A stretch of 64,000 bases of DNA from Octopus sinensis (GCF_006345805.1 NC_043003.1:20212001-20276000), one strand, 5' to 3'; numbered from the stretch's first letter, positions 12,539 through 27,712 are shown. The notes: generated from the letters alone by a model not told the origin. Translations and numbers: made by a program.

Positions 12539-13103
12539 TGTATGCACGTATGCATGTCTGTATGAATGTATATAACCACGGGGCCATTGCGCTCCCACAC
12601 ATATATATATGTTTATATGAGAGAATGAGAGAAATTATTATTTTATACTAGATTTCGTATATCTTATACAAATCGTTCTTAATATATATTTTCTTGTTCA
12701 GTTTTGCCAGTTATTACTTCGCTGGAGGTCAGAACTAATCAACTAGTAGGGTTACTGTCTTCTTCAGAGATTTTTCTTATTTCAAACATAGTGTATTTAG
12801 AATATATTTATCCAATACGTCCTTAAAAGACGATAGAATGTAATTTGAGTTTATCGGTGCAATTCCTAATAGGTTGATCAAAATGCGAGTTGAATGACTG
12901 CTTAGAAGTTGCTACGTTAGTACGCCTTGGTCTTTAAGATATTACTAAAGGCAACGACTGTTCATAAAGAGCCGACAGCTCCTCATCACTTATAACCGAA
13001 TTTGACAACTTAATTAAAAACTTGTATTAAGTGCGAATAAGGTGAAAGATAACGGACAACGTGATACGTACACTTCTTCCGTTCTTTCTTTCTTTCTTTC
13101 TTA

Positions 13104-13165
<62 letters not shown>

Positions 13166-14431
13166 AAGTGTCCATCTTATCTATCAATCGAAGGATAGAC
13201 AGAAATAAAGTGAAAAGATTGAACTAAAGTGTAAATGACGATAGTATCTCTATATACAAAATACCAAGTCGCGTGTCCCTTTTTTTCTTCTTTTTTTGCT
13301 GGTTTGCCTTTCTGACACATTTCAGGAATGTAAATGAAGAAGGCAATGATTATGGTATGAGAAGCGGAAGCGAGAGGATTAAAGTATTATACAGTGAGGT
13401 ATATGAGATAGATGAACGGCTAGGAAGAAGATTAACAGTGAGAAAAAGAAATGGAGAAAAAGAAAGAGAGAAAGCGAAAGAAGGAGAGAAATAGCGAAGT
13501 GTCAGATGGCTGAAACTGTAATCAGAAGAGCAGAGAGTAAAATATAGGGATGGAGGGAAGAACGGTAACGACAGAAAGAGAGGCAGAAGGAAAAGAATTA
13601 CCGAAGTAGTCAACAGAAGACAAGGAAGAAGGTCATTCTACAAGCACAAGTACACAGACAGACAGACAGGCATACACATTTACACAAATATTTTCATATA
13701 TATATATATATGTATATATATAGTTGAAATTTACTGTCTTTTTAGTGTATTTTGCATGCCTTTTTTGTTTAGCTTTCATTGCTGTCTTTCTTAAGTTGAA
13801 TTATAACTGCTCTCTGTCGCCTCTTTTAAGATTCTGTGACAAGTCTAGCGCACCTGAGCACTGTATACAATATGCAAGGGTAGAAAAAACAGGATTCCCG
13901 ATTAAAATTTGTATTATAACATCATAAATTACATAATCTTTACTCGTGTTTCACTAGCGTATACAACTATGTTGTGGTAATCATCTGTGAACACAAAATC
14001 TTAAGAAGGAAATAGTAATATATATGCGGCGGGCAAGAGGCTGGAAATCAACAATTACTATTTTCTTCTCAAGATTTGTCGATCTAAGAAGTTTATGCAA
14101 ACGTCTTTGTAACAATTACCGCCTGGCATACTAGTATACGCTAGGGAAACAAGCGTCAATGTTATATAAGTTTATGATGTTAAATAAAAAGGTTCAAACG
14201 AACCTCCTGTTTTATTCTGATATATGTGCTGCCTGTGCGCGTGTATGTGTGTGTATAATTATCATATATATGTATGTATGTGTATATATATAAATATATA
14301 TATATATTATATATTTATATTGTGAAATTTGATTTAATACTAAACTGAATTTTTCCCTGTAAGCTTGGAGTTATACTACCTAATATTATTATTAAATGTA
14401 TATATGTATACATACATACATACACATACAC

Positions 14432-14500
<69 letters not shown>

Positions 14501-15796
14501 ATACATGCATATATGTAAGCACGTTCACATATGTATATATCAGTATACATAGACATAAATACATACCTCACGCCTAATCACATTAACTTGTATTGCGGAG
14601 GCTGCTCCTACCTCAGTATTGCCGCTACTACTACTACTACTACCACTACTACTACTAATACTACTTGCAGTAGTAGTAGTAGTTCATCCTACACTCTGTT
14701 CTTTGCTCTGTGTCCTACTTTAATCTTGCTTAGCTCTTCTATATTATATCAGATGATGTTTTGTAAGCCGGCTGAAAGTTTATCTTTTAATCAATAAAAG
14801 AAACAGGCCCTGAAGATTTCTACACCAAATAGAACTTCACCAGTGAAATCAATTGGCAGGAAAACAAAAAGAAAAGCAATACAATACAAAATTAAAACTA
14901 TAACAAAGAAATGCAAAACATGACAAAACAAACGACGTACAAATATGAAATGTATAAAAGAATTAAAACACCGATAAAAAAGACGAAATATACGTGATAT
15001 AGAAACTGTGGAGGAGGTGGAAAAATTAGCTAACTTCTTCTAGGACGGCTTATCAATAAACTGTGAACCAATCAATCTAACAACGATCGAAGTAAATGGA
15101 TAGATTTAGTTGTCTATAAAGGCCGTATACAGCTAGCCATATAAAAAAAAAAATAATCTATTTATGAAACAAGTAAAAGCGAGTCCGGAAGAGTAAAAAA
15201 TATAAAATACAAAAATACGAATTGGACAGAAATCCATCTTTTCTACCTCGTGATTTCCTTTATTTTAGTGCACTAACTCCGTGATGCAACAATGTATGTG
15301 TGTGTACGAATATGCATGTGTTTAGGTATGTAAGTGTGTATGTATGTATGTATAGATGTATGAGTCTGTATCTCTGTATATATATTTGAATGTGTATATG
15401 TATTTCTGTCTACTTATGTATATATGTGTGTGTTTATATAAGTGTGGGTATGCATCAATGAGGGGACAGTCTGGCGAATTGTTTAACAAATTCATTTTAT
15501 TGTCCAAACGGTGCCTGTTTAGTTCTCTCAGCGTGACAACGTGGGCTAATGCCATTTCACACACCTTGGCAGAAAAACCGGGTGGTCGTTTATAGCAAAG
15601 AAGCCCGTTGGCTGGATAGTACGTATAATTCGATAGGTGCTGTCTTGTGGCATACTGTGTCATACTGATTCTGTTTGTAGAATACTTAGCCATATATACG
15701 TTAATACAAGAGTTGGCTTTGCACTTGATCATTAATTAACTGAATCTTCACCGTCGAATGATGGAGAGCCACCATATAGCTATATATCTGTATCTA

Positions 15797-15837
<41 letters not shown>

Positions 15838-15838
<1 letters not shown>

Positions 15839-15978
15839 ATTTTATTCCCCCCTTTTTTTGTCCTCTTTCTTTCCCTTTTGATCGAAAACCAACCCCCCTT
15901 TTTTTTACCCCCAAAAGAGAAGCTCTACCTTGTAATTTGTCCTGTCTGTGTGCAGCCCTGTGTGGCTAATAAAGAAAC
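15838..15978 (+). mobile_element. 5'-truncated (~140 bp) copy of the 3' end of the same Tx1 family
   Basis: Near-identical to 34790-34988 (...AGCTCTACCTTGTAATTTGT.CT.TCTGTGTGCAGCCCTGTGTGGCTAATAAAGAAAC), with (TATC)n on both sides. Confidence 0.9.
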
Positions 15979-16025
15979 ATATCTATCTATCTATCTATCT
16001 ATCTATATATCTATCTATCTATCTA

Positions 16026-16063
<38 letters not shown>

Positions 16064-16096
16064 CGTCCGTCCGTCCGTCCGTCCGTCCGTCCGTCC

Positions 16097-16214
<118 letters not shown>

Positions 16215-16221
16215 ATATGTA

Positions 16222-16989
16222 CGAGGTGTAGTCAAAAAGTATCGCAAAAGAAAAAAAAAAAGTAATGTTTAAAAATACTCATCATTTTGATTTAGTCACT
16301 TTCAAAGTATTTGCATTGGGAATCTACATACTTCTGCCAGCATTCCTGCCACTGCTGGAAATCACTTTTTGGGATGCTGTAGAGCTGTGCCGTCGACTTT
16401 TGGTTAGTGTCCTCTGTTCACTCAAATCTTCTCTCTTTGAGTGGCTTGGACGACGGGAACGGAATGAGCTGGTGCTTTGTCATGGCGGAGTTGTGAGTTT
16501 TTGCGCTCCACAGGTCCTCAATACTCACACGACAGTCTTCATAGACTATTACTCGAACCTTTGCAATCCTTCCGTCGTTTCTGCTAGTCGATGGTGTGCC
16601 ACAACGTGGCCCACTGTCCATTGAAGCGCAGCTATCTTTTAACCGGTTGTACCACTCCTTTATTTGTGTTTTCCCATAGCATTATCTCCAAGGGCCTTCT
16701 GAATCTTCTCAATAGTCTGGGCTTGCATATCACTAAATTTTGGACAGAATTTGATACAGTATCTTTACTCAATGCTCTCGCTCATCTTGACCATAAAAAA
16801 TCTCACAAGGCACTCTTCACTTGTGTACTCAACGTGTCACTGCGGGCGACTGGCGCAACCTAAAGACACGAAAATTTTTCCGCATGCTCAGGAAGGATGC
16901 GGCCACCCAATATCTATGCGGATTTTGCTTACGAATTTATTATTTTGTGCAAAATATATCAAGGTCGGATACTTTTTGACTACATCTCG
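16222..16989 (-). mobile_element. Internally deleted mariner element (768 bp) with TIRs and TA target-site duplication
   Basis: TA|CGAGGTGTAGTCAAAAAGTATC...GATACTTTTTGACTACATCTCG|TA. Minus-strand remnants DSGPRCGTPSTSRNDGRIAKVR and LKERRFE resemble mariner transposase. Confidence 0.88.
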
Positions 16990-17422
16990 TATTTTAAATA
17001 AAACTGCGAGGAGGTCGGTCACGTATTTTAGTTTGACTTCATTTGGTTGGACTCTACAGCAGTGTAGATTGCCCATAGATTTCACATAGAAAGCAAAACA
17101 AAACAATACAAATATTACGCTTGATTTTTATGCAATCTCTGGAGAGTTGACAATGCAAACAGATAATTAGATTTCCCTTATAATCTGATATTTATTTCTT
17201 ATTAATGAAATACGCTTGAGATGATGTAACTAAATACATATAAACACATACATATATATAGAAATTGTCCCGTTCTGTTCTACTTGTACATATATACGTA
17301 TACACACACACACACTCTCTCTCTCTCTCACACACATATGTATATATATGAATTATATATATATATGTGCATGTATATACACATAATTATATGTATATAT
17401 ATATACACACACATAAATACAT

Positions 17423-17472
<50 letters not shown>

Positions 17473-19291
17473 TTACACATAATCACGCAGATATATGAAT
17501 ATAAATACGTATACATTTTTATGTCTTTTAAGGTGTGTACATGAAACAAAGGGTAATTGTTTAAGAAGAAAGCCTTTTATAACTTCGACATATGATCTCG
17601 TGTAAGGTAAATTAGATTTATAATCTGATATAAGTTGTTGGTTGAAAGAGGAACGAAGGTCATGACGTTGATACCATTATGATAAACATCACTTACGTAA
17701 GCGAAATGAAATTCCTGTAACCGTAAATCAAAGCTGTCTCAGGGACATCGCTGGCTGCGAATGTGTAATATTTCTGTTCTTTTATACATGGTACAGTTGC
17801 TTTTATGCGACAAGACGTATGTATTTGTAAACTAAGGCAGATATACACAGACACACTGCACGCAACTTCGCACGCACACAAACTTTGTCTCTTCTAATAA
17901 CATCGAGATATATTTTCAAAAGCTAACTAGGGAGCATTCATGTGGTCATGCGATCTGGTAGAAATAGCAACCGAATTACCCTCGAGTCACAATATGCTTT
18001 CTTACGTAATGAAGGACCAATTATTTTATAGAGCCCTACTTGTCGTTAAATAGTCCCGTTGGTCATGACTGGAACACTTTTGATCATGGTTATTTTCGTC
18101 TTACGCGCCATTAAAAAAGTATCAACATGGACGTTAGTTTTGTTTGAAATAGCAACCAAATTTCCTTTAAATCGAACCCTGAAATGTCATGTATACGGAC
18201 AGGTGACATTATATGATATAGCACTACATTCCTTTAAAAGACAGGATGGTCGCGGATGGAACGCCTTTGGTCACAGATCTGCTCGATCTAAACAACAACA
18301 AGACCAAGTTCGACATTAACCTTCTTACACATATTAACGAAACATTCCTGCACTTTATTCTACGTATTACTATAGGGCCACCATCGTCAAAAAAGGTTAT
18401 ATTTTTGTATGCTTGAACGAGATTTTTTAAGGGAGACTCGCAGTTAAGCTATCCACAGATACGTGTCTCTTCTCACATTCCACTACTGATGTTTACCCAG
18501 CTAAAAGCCGCTGGCTTAGGTTTATTACAACTTGGCATCACTTTGTCGCAGGTGTAGCAGTCAGAGTGCAAAGGGCTGCAAGAGACAAGACAAGACACCT
18601 TACTCGACAGTCTAACATTTCTGCCATTCAACCGCCATGGCTTGGTATTTTTTCAATCGATTCTGGCCAGATTGAAGGCAAAATCCACCTCAGTGGGACT
18701 TGAACTCTGGGCATCGAGAGTCAGAACAATAACACGCAAGTAAAGCTCTCAAACAGCAACAACGCTACGAATGTTGGAACACAAAGATTCAAGGTGACTT
18801 TGCATGGATTACATTGGAACCAACTGCTATCCAGGCATTAAGAAACTTCTAACAACCAATAAATAGTTCAGCTTAAATTAGTTGATCAGATGTTACTTTT
18901 TTACCGATATGAAACGAATGGGCACGTCTGTTTGGTCGCTAGGGATTTGAGACAGCTGAGTGGACATGAAACGTGTTTTGGGCAAAATGATTTTTGGCAC
19001 TGGAGGCAAACACACTGGGGCGAGTGCAGAAATATACTTACATATAGAGTGGGAGTGAGAAAAATCTGTGGTGTAGAGCGAGAAATGAGAGAGAGAGAGG
19101 TGGAGATGGAGAAAGAGAGAAAGAGGGAGTGATAGTGACAGTGAGAGTGAGAGGGCGAGTGAAAGAGAGAGAGAGAGAGAGGGAGAGAGTGAAAGGGACA
19201 TTACAATTAATTGGACACGACAGACGTATTTTTCCTCTCCTCATACACATAAAGAGATATGTATTTACGCACAAAAACACAGAAACGGACT

Positions 19292-19335
<44 letters not shown>

Positions 19336-19839
19336 AGAGGCGGGAGAGAGAGAAGAGGCAGGAGAGAGAGAGGGAGAGAGAGTGAACGACAGAAAATTAA
19401 AATGCCAAATAAGTCAGCGTTGATTCAGTGTTACCGAATAAGCGGTTCCAAAACGACTGTACCAAAATGCCTCATAATTGCCTTTTATAAAACTCATGTA
19501 TGTACGGTATTAATAGTGTTTGCTTACGTGATGAGGAAGGTACTATACAAAACGTTAATACTACAATCTTTAAAAAGTTGCAATAACCCTGTTCGTTTGT
19601 TTGACTACGTTTCGTGAGCCAAAAACAGTACAGATATGATACGCAACAAAGGAACCTCTACGTAGTCGCTCACCACTCATGAAGTAGTCGACAATTCCCA
19701 CTCAAATTATATGCTGCCATCTTTAAAAAAACAAACAAACAAAAAACATGGAAATAGTAAATAATGTTTTCGTTCATACAGTGACTGTGTATAAGAAGGG
19801 ATGGTCACGTCTGGACTGCCTTTCAGCTTAAGCCTGTTG

Positions 19840-20076
19840 AATGAGTTTGTTTTGTTTGTTTTTGTTTTTCCAGTTTCAGCTCTTGAGCTGTGGCCATGCT
19901 GGGGCACCGCCATTGTGGTGAAAGAGTACAGCAGGGATCACCACCCCCTGCCGGAGCCTCGTAGAGCTTTTAGGTGTTTTCGCTCAATAAACACACACAA
20001 CGCCCAGTCTGAGAATCGAAACCGCGATCCTGCGACCGCGAGTCCGCTGCCCTAACCACTAGGCCATTGCGCCTCT
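19840..20076 (-). mobile_element. SINE family C head abutting a family A tail
   Basis: Head at 19925-20076; family A-like tail CATGGCCACAGCTCAAGAGCTGAAAC at 19860-19910. Confidence 0.6.
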
Positions 20077-20190
20077 ACAATGACATGAAGTGTTGACATG
20101 AAGTAAACAACATTACAACAGACACTCAACCAATGCTTTGTATCCTATTGCTGTTGTTGTTCTTCTTCATCCTCATCAGCATCTTCATTT

Positions 20191-20245
<55 letters not shown>

Positions 20246-21634
20246 CACCACCACCACCACCACCACCACCACCACCACCACCACCACCACCACCACCAAA
20301 ATGGTCTGTTCCTCTGAATTACATTCTTGCAAACTACCGATCTTGCAACCAAAATAATACATACGCTTATTTCTCTAGGAATTTCTAATGCGTCTGTCCC
20401 TTTCACGAATGCAGGGAAAGTTATGTGCACAGGTTTTATCCCACCATGTGACACATTGGTTAAGTGACTGTTTCGCTAGGTTCGAGTCTGTCGGAGCCCT
20501 GGGTAGATTAGCACTGCGCATCAAAGTCCGTTGGATAGCTTATACGATTTTTTTCTTTTATTTGTTTTATTTCTTTTGTAGGTAAAGATAATCTTAAACT
20601 TGTAACCGCATAATATTAGAGAAGGATATCAAGAGCATCCATTCTCCATTCTCCATTCAGTGTCGAAGGAATTGAAAAAGCTTGGAAAAAATCCCCCCCA
20701 AACTAGCTCTTCTTCACATTGTTACTTAAAGCCATATACACACACACAAAAAAGAAAGAAAGAAAAGGTATATCAAATAATGCATGTAACATTAAAAAAA
20801 CAACTACATATTGTGAATTTCTTCGTGCTTCCTTATTTATCTTTAGATTTTGGTTTTGCATGATTCTAGATAATCCAAGTGTTATATTCTAGTCAAAGTA
20901 GTTATTAATTTTTTTCATTTTTTTTTTATATATAACCGTTTTATATTAAGCAAAACACCATGGGAAATAAGTTGTACTAATGACAAAATCATCGCTGGAT
21001 TTGAATAACCCCGTGTCCTTTTAAGGGAAAATTACTGATGGCAGTTTGTTGCTCGGATGCATTCTCTCTTTCTGCATTTTTACATGCATTTTATTTATAA
21101 CGAAGAATCATCCTTATTGTAAATGCATTGTCAGTCGACAAGAGAACGTCATGCTAGTATTGCCAAAATAAGTTCCGAAGTGTATATAGCTTCCATGCTT
21201 GCGTACAGAATTTGCAAACAACGCCAGCTCTCTCAGCTTTCTTTTGCAGTCGCAAGTTTATGGGTTGCTGTTCACGAGGAAAATTTTAATTTCGATGTTT
21301 TTGTTATACATTATTATTAATGGTAGTTTAATCTATTCTCAATGCTATTTCAATATATTATTCATGCACATGTAATATATATTGTAATCTGTTTTATGAT
21401 CGTTTCCTTTTCATTACGTTTTCATCTCTCCTATAGTTTATGGTACATTCTGTTCATATAATATACTTTATGTCTGGTTGGTTTGATTTTTTTTATTTTA
21501 CAGTGTGTAGAGTCGCTTGTATATATTGTATTGAGTCTATTTATATATGTATTGTTCCATTGATTGATCTACTAACTTGTTTGTATATCCGTTATTGACT
21601 TCTATTTATTTTGATCTAGAATATATCATCATCA

Positions 21635-21671
<37 letters not shown>

Positions 21672-21675
<4 letters not shown>

Positions 21676-22024
21676 TAGTTTTATTTTTATTTTTATAGCG
21701 TGCTTTCACTTCACTACCGAGCGCAGCTCTGTGTGCCTTGGGTATGTGCTGTGATTTGTTGTGATGCTCTGATGGTTATTGTATGGAAAGTGTTCTGCGT
21801 AGGATGTGGGCAGTGCCTAGTAGTGCAATTTTCTGTATGTTATATGTGTTTGTAAGTCCTGGTGTTTTTGTTATGTATTTGTCTGAATATTTTTTTATCA
21901 TGCCTAATGCACCTACTATGATAGGAATTGTTTCTGTTTTCAGATTCCACATTCTAGTTACCTCTATTTCCAGGTCTTTGTATTTTGAGAGTTTCTCCAT
22001 TTCTTTTAGAGACACGTTGTCATC

Positions 22025-22026
<2 letters not shown>
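21672..22026 (-). mobile_element. R4/Dong-type RLE retrotransposon family 1, 3' fragment
   Basis: ORF 21776-22015 ...EKLSKYKDLEIE...IPIIVGALG...LLGTAHILRRTL plus 3' UTR; (TAT)n on both flanks. Confidence 0.85.
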
Positions 22027-22077
<51 letters not shown>

Positions 22078-22187
22078 TATTATTATTATTATTTTATTTA
22101 CGCACAACAGAATAGGCTGTTGGATAAAGAATTTCTGATATTGGGCTACAAGTAACCTATGAACATTCCTATGTATCTTTGCTGCCC

Positions 22188-22250
<63 letters not shown>

Positions 22251-22282
22251 TAATATCATCATCATCATCATCATCATTATCA

Positions 22283-22455
22283 TAGGTAAAGCAGTAAGCT
22301 GGCAGAGACGTTAGCACACCGGGCAAAATGCTAAGCAGCATTTCGTCTGTCTTCATGTTCTGCGTTCAAATTCCGCCGAAATAAGTACTAGTTCAGCACT
22401 GGGATCGATATAACCAACTTAGCCCCTTCCCTGAAGTTGCTGGTCTTGAGCTAAA
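22283..22455 (+). mobile_element. SINE family B, internally deleted
   Basis: Family B head and tail motifs. Confidence 0.72.
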
Positions 22456-22497
22456 ATTTTAAACCATAGTAATGATAATAATAATAACAACAACAAC

Positions 22498-22539
<42 letters not shown>

Positions 22540-22944
22540 TATTATTATTATAACTACTTTTTTTTCTGGTTTTGATTTGTTGAAGAGAATCCAAATACTG
22601 TTCTGCGTGGAGATATTTTTGTTTTATAACGATGTTATATATTTGTTTGGTCATTCATAATCGTCATGTATATTATCCAGCCATTTATTAATGTTTTTTT
22701 TTTAAATTTTATTTCGTCCAAGTACATATTGATGTTATATACGTGTTGTTCACATAGTTATATTTCCGTTTAAAAGTAAAGTTGTTTGTTTACGTATTAT
22801 TTTCTTTTGGTTGTGTCATGTCTACATACTAGTTGCCAATAGTCATAGTTGTTTGCACAGAAGGCTACCCGTCGGTCTCATGAAGACTAAAACACAGCTT
22901 TATCATTTCCGTTTACCTTACCAACTTTCCGTTCAGCCATTTTC

Positions 22945-23150
22945 TTTCTTTTTTACTTGTTTCAATCATTAGACTACGGCCATGCCTCGGCACTGGTTTT
23001 AAGAATTCCAGTCGAACGAATCAATCCCAGTACTTATTTTATATTTTTTCAGCCTGGTATTTATTCTATCAGTTTCTTTTGTCAAACCGTTCAGTTATGG
23101 GGACATAAACGCACCAACACCGTTTGTCAAGCAATGGTGGGTGACAAATA
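22945..23150 (-). mobile_element. Older SINE family A-like 3' fragment
   Basis: Diverged match to the family A tail. Confidence 0.6.
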
Positions 23151-24633
23151 CTGGCGCACATCACACTAGCTCCCATACCTACATACATACGGTAGCTCCC
23201 ACACCTACCTACCTACCTACCTACCTACCTACCTGCCTGCCTACATACATACATGCATGTATATATATACAAGCTGCCAGACGAGATTGTAAAAATGCCG
23301 ACGACCGCTTTGTTCAAAGCCTCCCTGGACCTCAAGTGGCCTAAACTCTTTACATGAACACCACCCTGTACTTAACTCCATGTCCCCCTACATGGCCTTG
23401 CTATTTGCTTTTGAGCCAAATTAACTAACTAACTAACTCACTAACATATATATATATATACACACATCCATCCATCCATCCATACATACATACATACATA
23501 CATTCATATATTCATATATAAATTATTAAGGTGGCTATTCACAATTTAAAACCGATAAGCAACAAGTACAGTTGTCACTAAAGTGACGGAGAGTACTAGT
23601 ATGCACCAGCATTGCTAGAAATAAGGGTCAAAACAACTCTTAACCAAGCCTTGCCCAATCAAAATCGCAATCTTACGATCATGAGTCCGAGACCACTAAC
23701 CACAATGCCACGCATCTCTACACTACACACACACATACACAGAGACATACACAATTACACACACAACCGTTTTACACTTTTTCAAACTTTTGAACACGAA
23801 TGCTATGTTTCTTGTCTACCTCAACGTTTGTCTCTCTATCTGTAGTTGCACATTGATGGTTATATATTCAGCAACGTTGTACATTTACGTGAGCTGCAGT
23901 TGGAATTTCACTACTACTCGAGTATATATTTTATTTCGTACTTATCATCATTGTGATTTTCTGTTTCTATAATTTGATGTTTCTATTCGATATTTTATCT
24001 ATAACATACTCACAAAATCATACGATCTCTCAACTCACCGATGTAGAATAACAGACTCTTCAATGATACAGTCGACGGCCATTTCTACTGTATTATCTCT
24101 CAGATATAAAGATGGTCTTTATATTTCTTTTATGCTTTAAGTGGATTCAGTCATTGGACTTCGGACACGTTGTGGGGAAACACTTGCAAAGTTCTAAGGC
24201 AAACAATCATATTTTATTTTATTGGTCTCCATTCATCGAACGTTTTTATATTCCTGGATATAACGGGACACATCGTAAAACACAAAACCGGTATTAAGTA
24301 GTGTAAACACGCTTCCATATTCATTTTAATACCTACCTAATTACCTACCTACCTACCTACCTACCTACCTACCTACCTACCTACCTACCTACCTCCCTAC
24401 CTACCTACCTACCTACATACATACATACATACATACATACATACATACATAATGCATATAAATGATATATATAATAAAATTAAATATAAATTTTTCCATG
24501 CATTAGTAAAATAAGAACAAAACAGATTTTCTTCCCATTTATAATAAAACGGATGGATCAAATCGATCAATCTGTATACATATTCAAATATATGTGTGTT
24601 TGCATATATGTGTACAAATACATATACATACAT

Positions 24634-24677
<44 letters not shown>

Positions 24678-24779
24678 TGTGTACCTATCTATCTATCTAT
24701 CTAATTACCTATCTCTCTCTATCTCTATCTGTATGTAAGTGTGTGTGCGTTCCTGTGTGTATAGATACACACGTACGTG

Positions 24780-24823
<44 letters not shown>

Positions 24824-24851
24824 CACACACACACACCACACACACACACAC

Positions 24852-24886
<35 letters not shown>

Positions 24887-25748
24887 CAGTAACGTACTAG
24901 AAAGAATTGTTAGCATTATTCAAACTAAAGTTGAATAATTTTATTAGCATGAAACTGTTGGTATCGTAGTAACATCCCTTCATTACAAAGACTATTAACA
25001 GATACGTTAGTGTGTGCACATATGAATATATCTGCATTTGTGAATGTGTCTGAGTGTAAATGTGGGTATATGTGCTCCCGCGAAGAGTCTCTGCACAATT
25101 TCTGTCTATGAAATTTCACTTGCAACGCATGGGTTGTCTCTTGGCTCCAACAAACGACACCAGAACGAGAGGAAGTGTAGTAGGAAGGAAAATGGAAATC
25201 ATATGATTTCGATATTCATGTCTTAAAAACACAGCTACGTCAATAACTGAGACGAGAGGGAGTAAGGTGGGGGCTCATGATATATTTTCAGTATTGAAAT
25301 TATTACTATTTTGGGTTATAAAAACATCATTAATATACTGATTAATACACTGGTATTGATTGAATCGATTAGTCCTTCAACATCCCTTCGAGAAATGTTG
25401 GTCTACTGCCCAGTCAAAACAAATCGGTTATAGCTAAAATGGCTGAAGTCTAAACTTCTCCGCAGAAGAAGTTCACGAAGACTGTGTCACGTGATTAGCG
25501 AGAAATTTAGGTCAGCTGTAAACATTGCATTAGAAAATCTTATGGATTTTACACACTGTGTTGCTCAAACAAGCATTTAATGCTGTTGTTTGGTGCTGTA
25601 CTTGTGCGGGGTGTGGGTTGCGACGGGGGATGGAGAATCGAGGTGGTTGGATTTATGATTTACTAGCAGAGAGACGTTTCTTGGGAATTGACCAGTATTT
25701 GGTCTGTGTTAAATACAGAACTACACACACACACATTCATACATATAC

Positions 25749-25809
<61 letters not shown>

Positions 25810-25909
25810 ATATATATATAGATATATATATATGTATATATACATATATATATATATGAATAGCTGTCTTTATCTCTCTCTCTCTCTCTCTCTCTATCCC
25901 ATATATATT

Positions 25910-26092
25910 ATTTCTTTATTGCCCACAAGGGGCTAAACATAGAGGGGACAAACAAGGACAGACAAAGGGGTTAGGTCGATTACATCGACCCCCAGTGCGC
26001 AACTGGTACTTAATTTATCGACCCCGAAAGGATGAAAAGCAAAGTCGACCTCGGCGGAATTTGAACTCAGAACGTAGCGGCAGACGAAATAC
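25910..26092 (-). mobile_element. SINE family B, headless unit
   Basis: Same ~183-bp unit as the 60 kb array. Confidence 0.82.
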
Positions 26093-26435
26093 TCTCTCCC
26101 ATATATATAAATAAAACAATTGCAGAGTGGAAAGTGTTTATAAGCCAGTTAAGAAACACACAAAATCCGTTAGATTCATTTCATCATTTAAATTTAAGTT
26201 ACGAAAATGTTTTCATCGCTTTGAGATCGCGACCTGTCCACGCTGCAATTGTTTTGGTTCCAGCACACGATCTCAGATCAGGTCACTTGCTATGCAAGTA
26301 CACCTCCGTAAATATATATATATATAATATATATATATAATATATATACACACATACACACACACATACATACATACATACATACATACATACATACATA
26401 CATACATACAAACATATATATATATATGCGATGTG

Positions 26436-26559
26436 TTCGTAATAATTCGAGTTATGGTTACAGTCAATCTTCAGGTTAATTGAAATATTTATCTTAGCTT
26501 AGATAAATATTTCAATTAACCTGAAGATTGACTGTAACCATAACTCGAATTATTACGAA
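26436..26559. repeat. Perfect 59-bp-arm inverted repeat
   Basis: 26436-26494 is the reverse complement of 26501-26559; spacer TAGCTT. Confidence 0.95.
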
Positions 26560-26726
26560 TTGTACAGATATGAAACGATCGTAGTGTTTTACTCTTTATC
26601 TTTTATTAAACTTTTAATAGTTTTGATATATACTTAAAATAATATAAATTAATTAATTTTATGTATTGGCTTATGTTTTTCATTGTTTGATTTGCCTAAT
26701 AGTGGTTTTATCTCTAATTTAATATA

Positions 26727-26757
<31 letters not shown>

Positions 26758-26989
26758 GCGATGTGTTGGCAGTTTAGTAGCTAAATATACTCGAAACTTC
26801 ATAACTGAAATATAAACAATATTGAAATGATTATGTACTTCCAGTATATTAACCAGTTTTTTTTCTTTACAATTTATACCGTACATGCATATTTCAATTA
26901 CTCTTATTTTTCGCTATCAAGCTTTATCTCGACATTAGCATTCGTACGACGATGAGATATAGTATTGGATAACCACCGGCTGGTTTACA

Positions 26990-27328
26990 GTCACTTTAAG
27001 CAATGCCCTCCATCTGTTACAGCGACGGTGTTTCCAGTTGATCCGATCAATGGAACATCCTGCCCGTGAAATTAACGTGCAAGTGGCTGAGCACTCCACA
27101 AACACGTGTACTCTTAACGTAGTTCTCAGGCAGATTCAGTGTGACACAGGATATGACAAGGCTGGCCCTTTGAAATAAGGGTATTAGTCATTTTTGCCAG
27201 GTGAGTGCACCGGGGTAATGAGAAATAAAGTGCCTTGCTCAAGGAGACAACAAGTCACTGGTAATTGATCTCATGACCTTATGATCGTGCGCCAAATACC
27301 CTAACTACTAAGCCACGTCTCTTCACAA
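26990..27328 (-). mobile_element. tRNA-headed SINE family D
   Basis: Minus-strand head GTGAAGAGACGTGGCTTAGTAGTTAGGGTATTTGGC...CATGAGATCAATTACC, followed by CTTGAGCAAGGCACTTTATTTC. Confidence 0.6.
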
Positions 27329-27499
27329 TCCGGATATATTGCTAGAACAAAGGGTGAGTAAGTCAAGAGGTTGTCTACGCCTGCTTATGACTACAAAGGC
27401 CTCTAAAACAATTACCGAAAGAAAAGTACATATTACGAAGCCTTACCCGTTCGTAAGTGACGGCTGGCTCTTAAAATTGTTCATTATAACCTTAAAGTT

Positions 27500-27712
27500 A
27501 GGCGGAAACCTGGCACAATCATTAGCATGCCAAGCAAAATGCTTAGCGCCATTTCGTTTGTCTTTATGTTGCAGAGTTCAAATTCCGCTGTGGTCGACTT
27601 TTCCTTTCATCCTTTCGGGGTCGATAAAATAAGTGCTAGTCAGGCACAGGGGTCGATCTAATCGACTAGTCCTTTCCCACGAATTTGCTGCCGTGTGCCA
27701 AAATCTAAAACC
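27500..27712 (+). mobile_element. SINE family B
   Basis: TTCAAATTCCGCTGTGGTCGACTTTTCCTTTCATCCTTTCGGGGTCG. Confidence 0.75.

Noticed and set aside
19600-19630. Minus-strand GAAACGTAGTC hammerhead-like half
   Set aside because: There is no upstream CTGANGA.
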